A DNA stretch of 40,716 bases from a virus, in UHGV virus genome UHGV-0322864; one strand, written 5' to 3'. Every line of letters starts with the position of its first letter. Position 1 is the first letter of the stretch. A program made the translations under genes and the position numbers. This document shows positions 28,343 to 36,401 of the stretch, piece by piece. The notes under the pieces are model-generated. The model saw only the letters and a program-made list of their open reading frames with translations, was not told the DNA's origin and did not search any database.

Positions 28343-28594
28343 ATGGCTATCAAAGAAGTTAAGTTGTCTAATGGCTTTTCTTGTTTTGTTGGTGGGCAAT
28401 CTATCGAGTTTAATATGCGCGATGGTCAGATTATAGTTCCCGTTGTTGCTTTTTGTTCCATGAGCTTTAATGAGGCCAAAAAATGGCTTCAATTGGTGCG
28501 TATTGATATCAACCGCGATGATTTTCGATCAATCTATATTGACGGTGATTTGTCGCTTTCTGGCTTGCTTGAGATTGATTTACCTAAATGGTGA
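28343..28594 (+). CDS. hypothetical early protein (83 aa)
   Basis: ORF with SD AGGAG 8 nt before the ATG. Confidence 0.5.
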   Translation: MAIKEVKLSNGFSCFVGGQSIEFNMRDGQIIVPVVAFCSMSFNEAKKWLQLVRIDINRDDFRSIYIDGDLSLSGLLEIDLPKW

Positions 28595-28613
28595 TAAGAG
28601 GATTGGAAACGTT

Positions 28614-28877
28614 ATGGGGAATGAAACTATTGCGTTAATTGATACGCACAATTACGGTGGCGTTACTTTATCCTTTGATGAATCAATCGACGTTGGCTAT
28701 TTGTCCTTTCTTTCCAAAGGTGAGATACAAAATATCCGCTTTCCCGTTGTTTGTCTGGTGCAGGATTATATAACAGTTGGGAAGTATTTGGCGCAACGTG
28801 GGATTCTTCTGTCGCTGGAAGAAGTGGAACAGATCAGCGTAGCATTTTTTGGCGAGGGTATCAATGAAGAAGAATGA
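28614..28877 (+). CDS. hypothetical early protein (87 aa)
   Basis: Track ORF 28470..28877; the internal ATG at 28614 has SD AAGAGGA and follows the upstream stop, so start is placed there. Confidence 0.5.
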   Translation: MGNETIALIDTHNYGGVTLSFDESIDVGYLSFLSKGEIQNIRFPVVCLVQDYITVGKYLAQRGILLSLEEVEQISVAFFGEGINEEE

Positions 28878-28953
28878 TTATTTTTGGCGTTGCTTGTTCG
28901 TTGTTACAGTGGCGTTATTCGTCGCTGATATACTTTATTCTTACATTCTCTAA
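28864..28953 (+). CDS. possible 29-aa hydrophobic peptide
   Basis: ATG overlapping the upstream stop; MKKNDYFWRCLFVVTVALFVADILYSYIL; below the track size cutoff. Confidence 0.25.
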   Translation: MKKNDYFWRCLFVVTVALFVADILYSYIL

Positions 28954-28969
28954 CTAAAGGTTTATTGCT

Positions 28970-29335
28970 ATGTGGTTTATTAAATTCATCGTTAAAATGG
29001 TTGTAGGCTTCTTTCTGGTCGTTCTTCTGTTAGGTGTCCTGTTATCGGCTATGGGTAGCGTTAAGGCTGCAACGTTTTCCCCTGCTACGGTTGACGGGTT
29101 GCAATGTACCTATCTCGTAGAGAATTACGAAACTGGTAAAAAGTCACCTAAAGTTATTATTTTGCATGTAAATGATTTCGATCATGTACAATCATACGAT
29201 AAAACTATTCAACTGGTAAACGAATCCAATGGTAAACAAATCACGGTCGATCACTTGATGCGCTCATCGTTGACGCTCTTTGATGAGTCCATGAATGAAA
29301 TGGCATCCGGTAACGGTCAATGTGTAAATCCATAG
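28970..29335 (+). CDS. membrane or secreted protein (121 aa)
   Basis: N-terminal TM/signal MWFIKFIVKMVVGFFLVVLLLGVLLSAMG; followed by an intrinsic terminator. Confidence 0.5.
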   Translation: MWFIKFIVKMVVGFFLVVLLLGVLLSAMGSVKAATFSPATVDGLQCTYLVENYETGKKSPKVIILHVNDFDHVQSYDKTIQLVNESNGKQITVDHLMRSSLTLFDESMNEMASGNGQCVNP

Positions 29336-29411
29336 GACTAATCTTTCTCCTGTATTGTGCCGTGGTCATGCCTATGGTCATAATCTATCTGATGCTTTAA
29401 ATCCTTCCTGT

Positions 29412-29439
29412 AAGCCTCCTAGTGAGGCTTTTCTATTTT
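29412..29439 (+). terminator. intrinsic terminator closing the first early operon
   Basis: AAGCCTC-CTAGT-GAGGCTT followed by TTCTATTTT. Confidence 0.6.
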
Positions 29440-29596
29440 CTAAGGTGATTGTATCCCTTACTCCCTTTTAGCTCGTTATAGTGCGTTCTAGGCCGCTAAA
29501 TATCGCTTTACAAGCCATTTTCTATGATGTATCACGCGCTCCCGCTCTTTTATCTTCCCTATAGTGAAAAAGTTTAAAATAATTTGCTTTACCCTA

Positions 29597-29624
29597 TTGC
29601 ATAGCCATAAAACTGGCGTATACT
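29597..29624 (+). promoter_or_regulatory. weaker sigma70-like promoter (P0) of the tandem cluster
   Basis: TTGCAT - 16 nt - TATACT. Confidence 0.35.
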
Positions 29625-29722
29625 GATTTCTATCGGGTACGATGTAAAACATACAAGGCAAGGAAACTTGCCCCGCTCTTTAAAAATCAGGCTAGAAAGT
29701 GAAAATATTCTTAAAAAGAGTA

Positions 29723-29751
29723 TTGACACCAGAAAAAGCCTGATATATAGT
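29723..29751 (+). promoter_or_regulatory. consensus sigma70 promoter P1
   Basis: A-rich UP-like TTAAAAAGAG, then TTGACA - 17 nt - TATAGT. Confidence 0.7.
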
Positions 29752-29867
29752 GAGCATAAGTCAGCGATGACGTGAAATATCCCGCTCTTTAAAAACTTAT
29801 CATCTTGCCCTTTCGCATAGATTCAAGCGAGATAAGGGAACGGAATAAAAGAAGATGATAAAAAGAG

Positions 29868-29895
29868 TTGACAAGCTAACACGGTGTGTTAAGCT
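29868..29895 (+). promoter_or_regulatory. sigma70 promoter P2
   Basis: ATAAAAAGAG then TTGACA - 16 nt - TAAGCT. Confidence 0.5.
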
Positions 29896-30024
29896 ACAAA
29901 TGCAGTAACCGCTCTTTAAAAATATGAATCATAAGTTAAGCCTCACCGCTTAATCTTCAATCAAATATAGCTGATTGATATATCCTCCCAATAAGGGGAG
30001 CGACGAAAAAGATTAAAAAAGTGG

Positions 30025-30053
30025 TTGACAGCTAAAACAGCATGATTCATAAT
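30025..30053 (+). promoter_or_regulatory. sigma70 promoter P3
   Basis: ATTAAAAAAGTGG then TTGACA - 17 nt - CATAAT. Confidence 0.65.
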
Positions 30054-30975
30054 GAGCACTCACTAAGCAAATCATCGCGAAGTGAACAGCGTAACAACGG
30101 CTAACAGTTGCATAGTGTGAGAAAGCACACTGATAGATTTACCGCTCTTTAATAATTTAAACATTCTCCTATATCGGTTGAATATGCTTGATGATAATAA
30201 CCATCGGAAAGCATACCAGATAAAACGGTGTAAGATTCTCTAAACTATCAGAGAAAACAATCTTACAATCCCTTGCTGGAAACGTCACCACTGATAAACG
30301 GATTCATTGAGTGTACGCAAAGACTTAAGCTAATCGCCCACGGTTAAGGGTAGCGGCGGTCATCGCTAACAAGGCGCTACAGTGAAAGAAGTTAATCAGG
30401 GTAGGCAAGCCCGAAGAATTAACGCTCAATTGAGAGCGGCGGGGAGTGGTTAAAAAGTGGCAAATTGCTATTTAACAATAAGGTTTAGTGTGAACGTTTA
30501 CGATGTGAACGGCTTGAGATTCATCACAAGATGAAAGTACATAGTCGGTTTATGTAGTAAACTTGCCGAAAGATATAAAACGTCAGAACATTAGACGGTC
30601 AATGACTCTTTCACAATAGCATCCCGTTGTGGGCGATGGCTAGTGATTGAGAGTTGATACAAAAGGATAGGCGAGAGCGAAAGCAAAGTAGACGATATTG
30701 CCGACGGTTACAATAAACGTAACTAATTAGAGTCGGACGCACTGCCTTATTGTGATGATTGATCATCGCTATCAGGTCGGCTTCGTTTATAGCGACTAAT
30801 TAAAGATACCAGATGAAACATCACGGATAAGGGGGCGGCAAGGTTAACTCCTGATAAGACCGCCCCGCTTACCTATAACTACTTAACAACGAGTGGTTAT
30901 AGTTAAGTTAATAGTGACTTAAACAAGCTCATAGAGAGCGGGGCATAGTGCCCTAACAATTGAAAGGTGAATATC

Positions 30976-31875
30976 ATGGCTAAAGTTTTTAATCTGGTAA
31001 AAGAATCTGGTTTTAACGCACTGGCTAACAACATTCGTAGCAATAACGCGGCGATTAAGCAAGATGTTTCTAACTTCCTGTTAGGCCATTTGCAGCACTT
31101 TCGTAGCAACGGCAAGAAGTTAGATGTATTGCAGTCGGCGGTTGATTTTCTGTTAACCGAACGTTTTCGTGATATGGATGTGATCGCCACTGCAATTACT
31201 TTCTTAACTCCTATCAAGTTTAACACCGATGCGGCAAATGGTCGTAAAAAGTGGATTAATCTGGAAGGTGAGGCGAAAGCGAAAGAAGATGCGAAAGAAG
31301 CGCAAATTAAGGCCAAAATGGAACAAAACCGCGCTCGCTGGTCAAACGCTTTCGAAAACTTTGCTTTAGGTCGTGAAATTGAAGTCGATAACCCTAACTT
31401 TTACAAGGGTTGTAATGACAACGTGGCGGCACACCTGCAAATACCGGCGAAAAACAAGGAAGATTTTAATCAGGATATTTACGCTTTAGTTGAACGCTTG
31501 AATGCAATCCGTATTGAAGCCAAATTACTGGCTGATGAGCGCAACGGCGCAACTAGCGATAACACTATCGCCCTGAGTGAAGAAGTTGGGAAGGTTAAAA
31601 AGTCCTTTGATTCACTCATCAAGAAAGTCACGGCCTCAATGGTAGCGATCTCGGATGATTATCTGATGAACGCATCAAGCAAGGAATTAGAATCACTCGA
31701 TTCATACGCTGATGAAATGGAAAAGACTGTTGCAGCTATGCAGGAGAAGTTAGAAAGTCTGCGCGGTCGTATCTCTTCAACGGTTGCTACCCGTACCGAA
31801 CAAGCGGCGAAAGCAGAAGAGGAAGAAGTGTTGCGTAAAGCGGCTGAAATTATGGCGGCACGTCAAGCGGCATAA
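30976..31875 (+). CDS. hypothetical helical protein (299 aa), first gene after the promoter cluster
   Basis: Track begins at GTG 30967; ATG 30976 with SD AAAGGTGA is preferred; coiled-coil-like C-terminal half; followed by a strong terminator. Confidence 0.6.
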   Translation: MAKVFNLVKESGFNALANNIRSNNAAIKQDVSNFLLGHLQHFRSNGKKLDVLQSAVDFLLTERFRDMDVIATAITFLTPIKFNTDAANGRKKWINLEGEAKAKEDAKEAQIKAKMEQNRARWSNAFENFALGREIEVDNPNFYKGCNDNVAAHLQIPAKNKEDFNQDIYALVERLNAIRIEAKLLADERNGATSDNTIALSEEVGKVKKSFDSLIKKVTASMVAISDDYLMNASSKELESLDSYADEMEKTVAAMQEKLESLRGRISSTVATRTEQAAKAEEEEVLRKAAEIMAARQAA

Positions 31876-31897
31876 GTAAGACAATTTAAATAAACAT

Positions 31898-31932
31898 AAG
31901 GCGCTATCTTAACGGGTAGCGCCTTTTCTTTT
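31898..31932 (+). terminator. intrinsic terminator after the 299-aa gene
   Basis: AAGGCGCTA-TCTTAACGG-TAGCGCCTT followed by TTCTTTT. Confidence 0.7.
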
Positions 31933-31986
31933 ATCAGTGCATTGATTCAGTGCATTAATCAAAGAATCTAATCAAAGGTGACGATC

Positions 31987-32205
31987 ATGTTAATTACACA
32001 TACCACGATCTATAGGAATCTTGTCAACGGTCAACATTACCGCCTATCTAAAAAGTATGGCGTTGAATGTAAATGTGTTATTACCGGTGAATGGTATCCG
32101 TCACCAATGAAGATTGAAACGTTGGAACGTGAAGCGATCAGCTATATTATCACGCAAGAAACAACGTTAGGCCGTATCTTAAGAAAGTTGGGATTAAGAA
32201 AATGA
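31987..32205 (+). CDS. hypothetical small protein (72 aa)
   Basis: ATG 31987 with the same AAAGGTGA-N5-ATG initiation region as the 30976 gene. Confidence 0.45.
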   Translation: MLITHTTIYRNLVNGQHYRLSKKYGVECKCVITGEWYPSPMKIETLEREAISYIITQETTLGRILRKLGLRK

Positions 32206-32426
32206 TATTCAGTAGCAATTTTGGCAAGTGTCCTATTTGTGAGAAACATCGCAGCACGGGAAACCATCGCAAATGTAGTAAGATATTACAGCGCCAACGT
32301 GATAACAATCATTGGGATACTGTACACACTAACCAGCGTAAAGAAGAAGTTAGGAAAATGGCTGTTAAAGCGTCATTTGCTCAATCCACCCGTATTGAAC
32401 ATATTCAAAGGTATCAAGCATTATGA
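32202..32426 (+). CDS. small basic Zn-finger-like protein
   Basis: ATGA overlap with the upstream stop; CPICEKHRSTGNHRKC motif; 74 aa. Confidence 0.45.
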   Translation: MIFSSNFGKCPICEKHRSTGNHRKCSKILQRQRDNNHWDTVHTNQRKEEVRKMAVKASFAQSTRIEHIQRYQAL

Positions 32427-32632
32427 TCACTAACATTTCAGAATTTAAGAAAGCACCTTCCCGCTTGTTAGGCCGTCGTGTTGTATATCTTTATAGCAAT
32501 AAAGGTAAATGTACAACCGGACGAATTACAACGGTGAGTAGTGCTAACAAGAAGCTGTTAAAGTTATGCGTGGCTATGGATGATGGTACAATCCTGCTAC
32601 GCAGTTGGAAGTCATTTAGTTTACTCGATTAA
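32423..32632 (+). CDS. hypothetical small protein (69 aa)
   Basis: ATGA overlap with the upstream gene. Confidence 0.45.
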   Translation: MITNISEFKKAPSRLLGRRVVYLYSNKGKCTTGRITTVSSANKKLLKLCVAMDDGTILLRSWKSFSLLD

Positions 32633-32649
32633 GTTATTTGTTCAAGCCT

Positions 32650-32678
32650 GTCGCCTTGATGGGCTTGCCCGATATAAT
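32650..32678 (+). promoter_or_regulatory. possible promoter with perfect -10 TATAAT
   Basis: TATAAT at 32673-32678, 24 nt upstream of the GTG start at 32702; weak -35. Confidence 0.3.
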
Positions 32679-32701
32679 TTATCACTGAAAGGAATAAGAT
32701 T

Positions 32702-33145
32702 GTGGCTAAATCTAAAATCAGCATGAAGGGCGGGCGTTGTTTTGCTATCTCTGAACTAGAGAAAGAGAAATCGAAGGCAACTAATCACGTTAGTAAGCGT
32801 AGTTTAAAACGTCGTGCTGCAAAGGCTGAGGCTGAATCCCATGTTCCTTCCAGTGTGGCAAAACGTGTAGGCCATCGTGTCCATCGTGCTGATGCGTTAT
32901 TATTAGCCGATCATAAACGTTCTTTATTAAAGAGCGGGGGAGCTAAAACAGAAGAAGAGAAGAAGTTAGAAATCTTCTGTAATGGTCGCACCCGTGGTAA
33001 ACAGAAGTTTAAAGGTAGCACGAAAGACCCGCAGGCTTTCCCTAAGACAAGTCAGTGTGCGCCTGATGTTTTCTACGCAGACAGTAAACACAAGTGGGGA
33101 GTTGAAAAATACATTGACCCCATCAAAGAGGCAAGGGTTAAGTAG
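32702..33145 (+). CDS. highly basic K/R-rich protein (nucleic-acid-binding candidate)
   Basis: GTG start with SD GAAAGGAA; 147 aa, about 25 percent K+R. Confidence 0.5.
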   Translation: MAKSKISMKGGRCFAISELEKEKSKATNHVSKRSLKRRAAKAEAESHVPSSVAKRVGHRVHRADALLLADHKRSLLKSGGAKTEEEKKLEIFCNGRTRGKQKFKGSTKDPQAFPKTSQCAPDVFYADSKHKWGVEKYIDPIKEARVK

Positions 33146-33162
33146 TAGGAATATAACCCCCT

Positions 33163-33182
33163 CTTTTAGTACTATGACGCTC
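33163..33182 (+). repeat. copy 1 of 20-nt motif CTCTTTTAGTACTATGACGC
   Basis: Lies 18 nt after the stop of the basic-protein gene; 19/20 identical to the copy at the window end. Confidence 0.6.
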
Positions 33183-33310
33183 TTTCTGTCGCGTCGTGCC
33201 CTCTCCCCATTTGAAGCTTCCGCATAGCCGCCTTTGAGCGGCTTTTGTCGTTGCCGTAAGCGCATTTACGAGTGTTTTTACTGCAATAGTCATGTATTGC
33301 TTTCAGGTTT

Positions 33311-33340
33311 GCCCCGGCTACGGCTGGGGCTTTTTTATGC
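33311..33340 (+). terminator. strong intrinsic terminator
   Basis: GCCCCGGC-TACG-GCTGGGGC followed by TTTTTTAT. Confidence 0.75.
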
Positions 33341-33385
33341 CCGTAAAACAGGAGGTATCAAGTTCTGATAACAACGGCACAGCTA

Positions 33386-33775
33386 ATGTTGACATTGACT
33401 ATTTATTATGAGGCAGGGAATCAGCCAACCGCATGTAAGGCGTTAGTTGCGGATACCGTGATAAATAGAATGGCCCAACGAAAACTGACCGCTGAACAGG
33501 TGATAAGACAAAAGAACCAGTTTGAGTGGATTCCGGTACTATTAAAACAGGAGAAACCTTATAAACGTTATGTAAAGCTGATTCGTGATAAAAATCCGAT
33601 GACTAAGCAAGCCATTGGAGAAAGCGAGCGGCTGGCTAAACGTGCCCTTAAGAAGAATTATGTTCCGCTGTATAGTGGGACTTACTTTCAGAGTAAGAGC
33701 GAAGGGGTGCCAAAATGGTATGCCAATCCTATGTATTGTGGTGATTTAGTGTTCGATAATAGCTCTAGGGAATAA
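33386..33775 (+). CDS. SleB/CwlJ-like cell-wall hydrolase (Hydrolase_2-like) domain protein
   Basis: N-terminal YYEAGNQPTACKALVADTVINRMA resembles the conserved (Y)AEARGE...VA.VI.NR signature; 129 aa; preceded by a strong terminator. Confidence 0.55.
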   Translation: MLTLTIYYEAGNQPTACKALVADTVINRMAQRKLTAEQVIRQKNQFEWIPVLLKQEKPYKRYVKLIRDKNPMTKQAIGESERLAKRALKKNYVPLYSGTYFQSKSEGVPKWYANPMYCGDLVFDNSSRE

Positions 33776-33789
33776 TCACTAGTGCCAGA

Positions 33790-33812
33790 TTTGACAAACT
33801 AAATTCCTTTAT
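33790..33812 (+). repeat. copy 2 of the 22-nt motif (TTGACAAACTAAATTCCTTTAT)
   Basis: Immediately after the SleB-like gene stop, at the 5' edge of the next intergenic region; 19/22 identical to copy 1. Confidence 0.5.
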
Positions 33813-33974
33813 AAACCAACCACTTAGTAAATTTATTGAAAAAGATGGTAGTATTCTGGGACTATAGGTAATGCTCTGTATATAGACCCTTTGAAAATTT
33901 CTTAGAAAATAAGTTTACTAAATATAACTTACTTAAATAATATTACTTTTAATCTCTGATAAAGGGTAAATAAT

Positions 33975-34271
33975 ATGACTTTAGAAGTATATAAATTCCT
34001 TTTTGTAAGCTGTTTAACTATCAGCGTTCTAGGATTTATTGTTCTCAGAAACAAAGCAGCAGGCTGGGAGAGAATGTATAAATCCCTAGTCCGAGTGGAT
34101 AAGATGTATAATGAGAAAGTTAAAGTAACACTCAACGATCTTATTATGCAAGTTGAAGACAGAAACAAACGTCTTCAGAATCTCAATCATGAAGTGTTGC
34201 GCCTTGCTCGTGCTAATGAAGACTTGCGAGTGGCTATTGCTAAGCAGCAGGGGATTAATAGTGAAAGTTAA
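33975..34271 (+). CDS. N-terminal TM plus coiled-coil protein (i-spanin-like or membrane effector)
   Basis: TM FLFVSCLTISVLGFIVL then helical heptad-like NEKVKVTLNDLIMQVEDRNKRLQNLNHEVLRLARANEDLRVAIAK. Confidence 0.5.
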   Translation: MTLEVYKFLFVSCLTISVLGFIVLRNKAAGWERMYKSLVRVDKMYNEKVKVTLNDLIMQVEDRNKRLQNLNHEVLRLARANEDLRVAIAKQQGINSES

Positions 34272-34494
34272 TATTAAGCCTGATCATACTACACTCCGTT
34301 TAAATAACATGAGGCCGGGCGCTCTCTTTCATTTTAAAGGTTCTCTCTATATCAGAACCGGATTAACAACTGACTATCACGTCAATTGTGTTAACGTGGT
34401 TTCTGGAGAGCTTATTGTTATCAGCAAAAACGAAGTCTGCCAAGTGCGCAATGATCTCCACATAACTAACATAGAGGATAAAGATGAAGATTGA
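34261..34494 (+). CDS. small early protein, paralog family member a
   Basis: Track ORF 34153..34494 overlaps the upstream gene; GTG 34261 with SD AGGGGA is in frame and gives a 77-aa product with the family motifs (PGALF...LYIR...CVNVVSGEL). Confidence 0.45.
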   Translation: MKVNIKPDHTTLRLNNMRPGALFHFKGSLYIRTGLTTDYHVNCVNVVSGELIVISKNEVCQVRNDLHITNIEDKDED

Positions 34495-34741
34495 TCTTAA
34501 GGTAAATGAACCGTCATTGTGTGTCGGCGATCTTGTTCTCGGGGATGTATTCCAAATCAGAGAAACACGATCAGATTTCTACATGGTTGTTCAGTTGTTT
34601 TCGTCACAAATCAAGGAAGTTAAACCCTCTGATGGTGGGTGTGTTGTCCTAAGTCTGGCAAATAAAAAAGTCATTAAGCTCAACTCAAAAAGTAAAGTTA
34701 TCCTCGTCCCTGATGTAGTAATTACTAATAAAGGCAAGTAA
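34484..34741 (+). CDS. small early protein, paralog family member b
   Basis: SD AGAGGA; motifs LGDVF, FYMVV. Confidence 0.55.
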   Translation: MKIDLKVNEPSLCVGDLVLGDVFQIRETRSDFYMVVQLFSSQIKEVKPSDGGCVVLSLANKKVIKLNSKSKVILVPDVVITNKGK

Positions 34742-34960
34742 ATGGAAATTAAAGTAGTTGATTATCCTAAATATGCGAATGCAGAAGATGTTAAAGGTGG
34801 TGATGTTTTCTCTTACGATAAACGTTTCTGGCTGATGCTAGAAGATAAAACCCCTGATGGTTTGTGTAAGGCTGCTAACTTGAGCAGTGGTTATGTTGAA
34901 GTCTTCGGCCTATCAACCACTGTTATGCCACGTCCTGATCTTCATGTAACTCAAAAGTAA
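34742..34960 (+). CDS. small early protein, paralog family member c
   Basis: Motifs GGDVF, RFWLML, AANLSSGYV; 72 aa. Confidence 0.55.
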   Translation: MEIKVVDYPKYANAEDVKGGDVFSYDKRFWLMLEDKTPDGLCKAANLSSGYVEVFGLSTTVMPRPDLHVTQK

Positions 34961-34971
34961 GGTAAGTGATT

Positions 34972-35277
34972 ATGTCTGTTTCTTCTTTTGTGATATGTAA
35001 ACCTACTGTAACGATTCGTGCTCAAATGAAACACTGTTCTGGTGTCACTTATCTGGAGTTTAATCACAGTGAGAGCCGATACAACCCCGGATTTACAGTA
35101 GAGATTAAATCTCCGTGGTTTAATATGACATTGTTGCCGGAAGAAGTAGAGTCAGCATGTCGTGGCATTAAGACGGGGAGTTTGAGTCTTCTATCTTCTA
35201 GTTTGGGTGATGAGTTCCTGCCTTTGATTCAGAAAGGTGTGGCTAACGTTCGTAAAATGATGGAATCAGTTAAGTAA
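34972..35277 (+). CDS. hypothetical protein (101 aa)
   Basis: Track starts at GTG 34966; ATG 34972 has better SD spacing (AAGG N9). Confidence 0.5.
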   Translation: MSVSSFVICKPTVTIRAQMKHCSGVTYLEFNHSESRYNPGFTVEIKSPWFNMTLLPEEVESACRGIKTGSLSLLSSSLGDEFLPLIQKGVANVRKMMESVK

Positions 35278-35635
35278 CATCGACTTATAGCCCTTGTGTT
35301 TATCAGAGGGCTATGTGAGGGTGTTCCTCATTAACTTATTAATTCAGGCATATGCCACACCGCTAGGGAGAGCTTGCTCGAACATCCGGTGTTAGACTAA
35401 AACCTGTTAATTTTCGAAAGACTTTCCGATATGTAGGGGTACGTATTGGTTTGGGATTCAGGAGACTTCCTAGGGGTAGGGAGTCTTCACCAGTTGGAAT
35501 AAGAGATAGCTCTAGAACCTGAACTCTTAGGCAGAGAGGGTCGTCAATGAGTACGCGGTCAGAATCAGTCTACTGACTAGGGCTATCCCTTATATCAACT
35601 GGCAATAATGCCTCCACTAACAAAGAGAGATAGGT

Positions 35636-35776
35636 ATGAAAGTATCAACCAAACGTATGAACCGCCCTGAACGTATGGATGCAGTAGCAAATGGTGCTCT
35701 GAAACTGGAAGGCTTCTGGGTTCATGCAATGTCAGCAATCCGTAACAAGCAAGGTAATTGGACCTATGCCGGTTAA
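35636..35776 (+). CDS. possible small protein (46 aa)
   Basis: ATG with SD-like GAGAGATAGG; overlaps the next start; below the track cutoff. Confidence 0.3.
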   Translation: MKVSTKRMNRPERMDAVANGALKLEGFWVHAMSAIRNKQGNWTYAG

Positions 35777-35975
35777 GACAACCCATGTGATAGGTATGCG
35801 AGAGATCATTCGCATTGCCTTGATGGAACACACTGATCGCAACATGCAACTAACTCAAATCTCTAAGTGTCTTAATTGCTCAAGAGATACGGCTAAGGAG
35901 TTAATGTTCGCATTCCTTTATAATGCAGAAGATGAGTTTTTACAAAACCGTCTGCTTGGTTTAAAACAGAAATGA
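35766..35975 (+). CDS. small helix-turn-helix-like protein
   Basis: Internal Met of track ORF 35724..35975; REIIRIALMEHTDRNMQLTQISKCLNCSRDTAKELMF resembles an HTH. Confidence 0.4.
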   Translation: MPVKTTHVIGMREIIRIALMEHTDRNMQLTQISKCLNCSRDTAKELMFAFLYNAEDEFLQNRLLGLKQK

Positions 35976-36055
35976 ATAAAAGGCTGCCCAATCGGGTGGC
36001 CTTTGTTGTTTTAATTAAGGGACAGCTCTTACTTAAACTAACAAGAGGTGCTTAT

Positions 36056-36400
36056 ATGAGACGCATGGTTAAAGATTGGGTAACTAAATCAGGTCTTCGT
36101 GCTGTGATTATGCACATGAACGACTCCCATTTTTGTGGATATGTAGAGCTACCAGACAGCTTAAAACATAAAAACTTCACCGGATATAACGGGAAGGAAG
36201 AAGTTTGTTATGTAAGTGTTCATGGTGGTGTCACATGGCAAGACACCCTTGAAGAGATGGGTGGTTTAAATACAATCGGATTTGATTGTGCCCATGCATG
36301 TGATAAGACACGGTTCAACCCTAACGGGATACCAAGAACAGAAGAGTTCTGCATCAACGAATGCGAACAAATGGCTGAACAACTGAGAGATCTTGAATAA
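36056..36400 (+). CDS. hypothetical protein with His/Cys motifs (114 aa)
   Basis: ATG 36056 with SD AAGAGGTG (track began upstream at 35972); motifs HMNDSHFCGY, VHGGVTW, GFDCAHACD; function not recognised. Confidence 0.5.
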   Translation: MRRMVKDWVTKSGLRAVIMHMNDSHFCGYVELPDSLKHKNFTGYNGKEEVCYVSVHGGVTWQDTLEEMGGLNTIGFDCAHACDKTRFNPNGIPRTEEFCINECEQMAEQLRDLE

Positions 36401-36401
36401 A

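Larger units (their letters stand above)
29538..30156 (+). repeat. five direct copies of a (C)CCGCTCTTTA(A/T)AAA motif interleaved with the promoters
   Basis: Copies near 29541, 29672, 29781, 29908 and 30141, all in the same orientation. Confidence 0.7.

Noticed and set aside
29538-30156. CRISPR-like array suggested by the repeated CCGCTCTTTAAAAA motif
   Set aside because: Repeats are only ~14 nt, spacing is irregular (109-233 nt), and the intervening DNA contains sigma70 promoters; not a CRISPR array
30903-31316. 137-aa minus-strand ORF
   Set aside because: Overlaps the well-supported plus-strand gene at 30976-31875 and has no SD; likely spurious
32221-32433. Alternative-frame 70-aa ORF overlapping the Zn-finger-like gene
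   Set aside because: Starts with TTG without an SD, whereas the 32202 frame has an ATG coupled to the upstream stop and a CxxC motif
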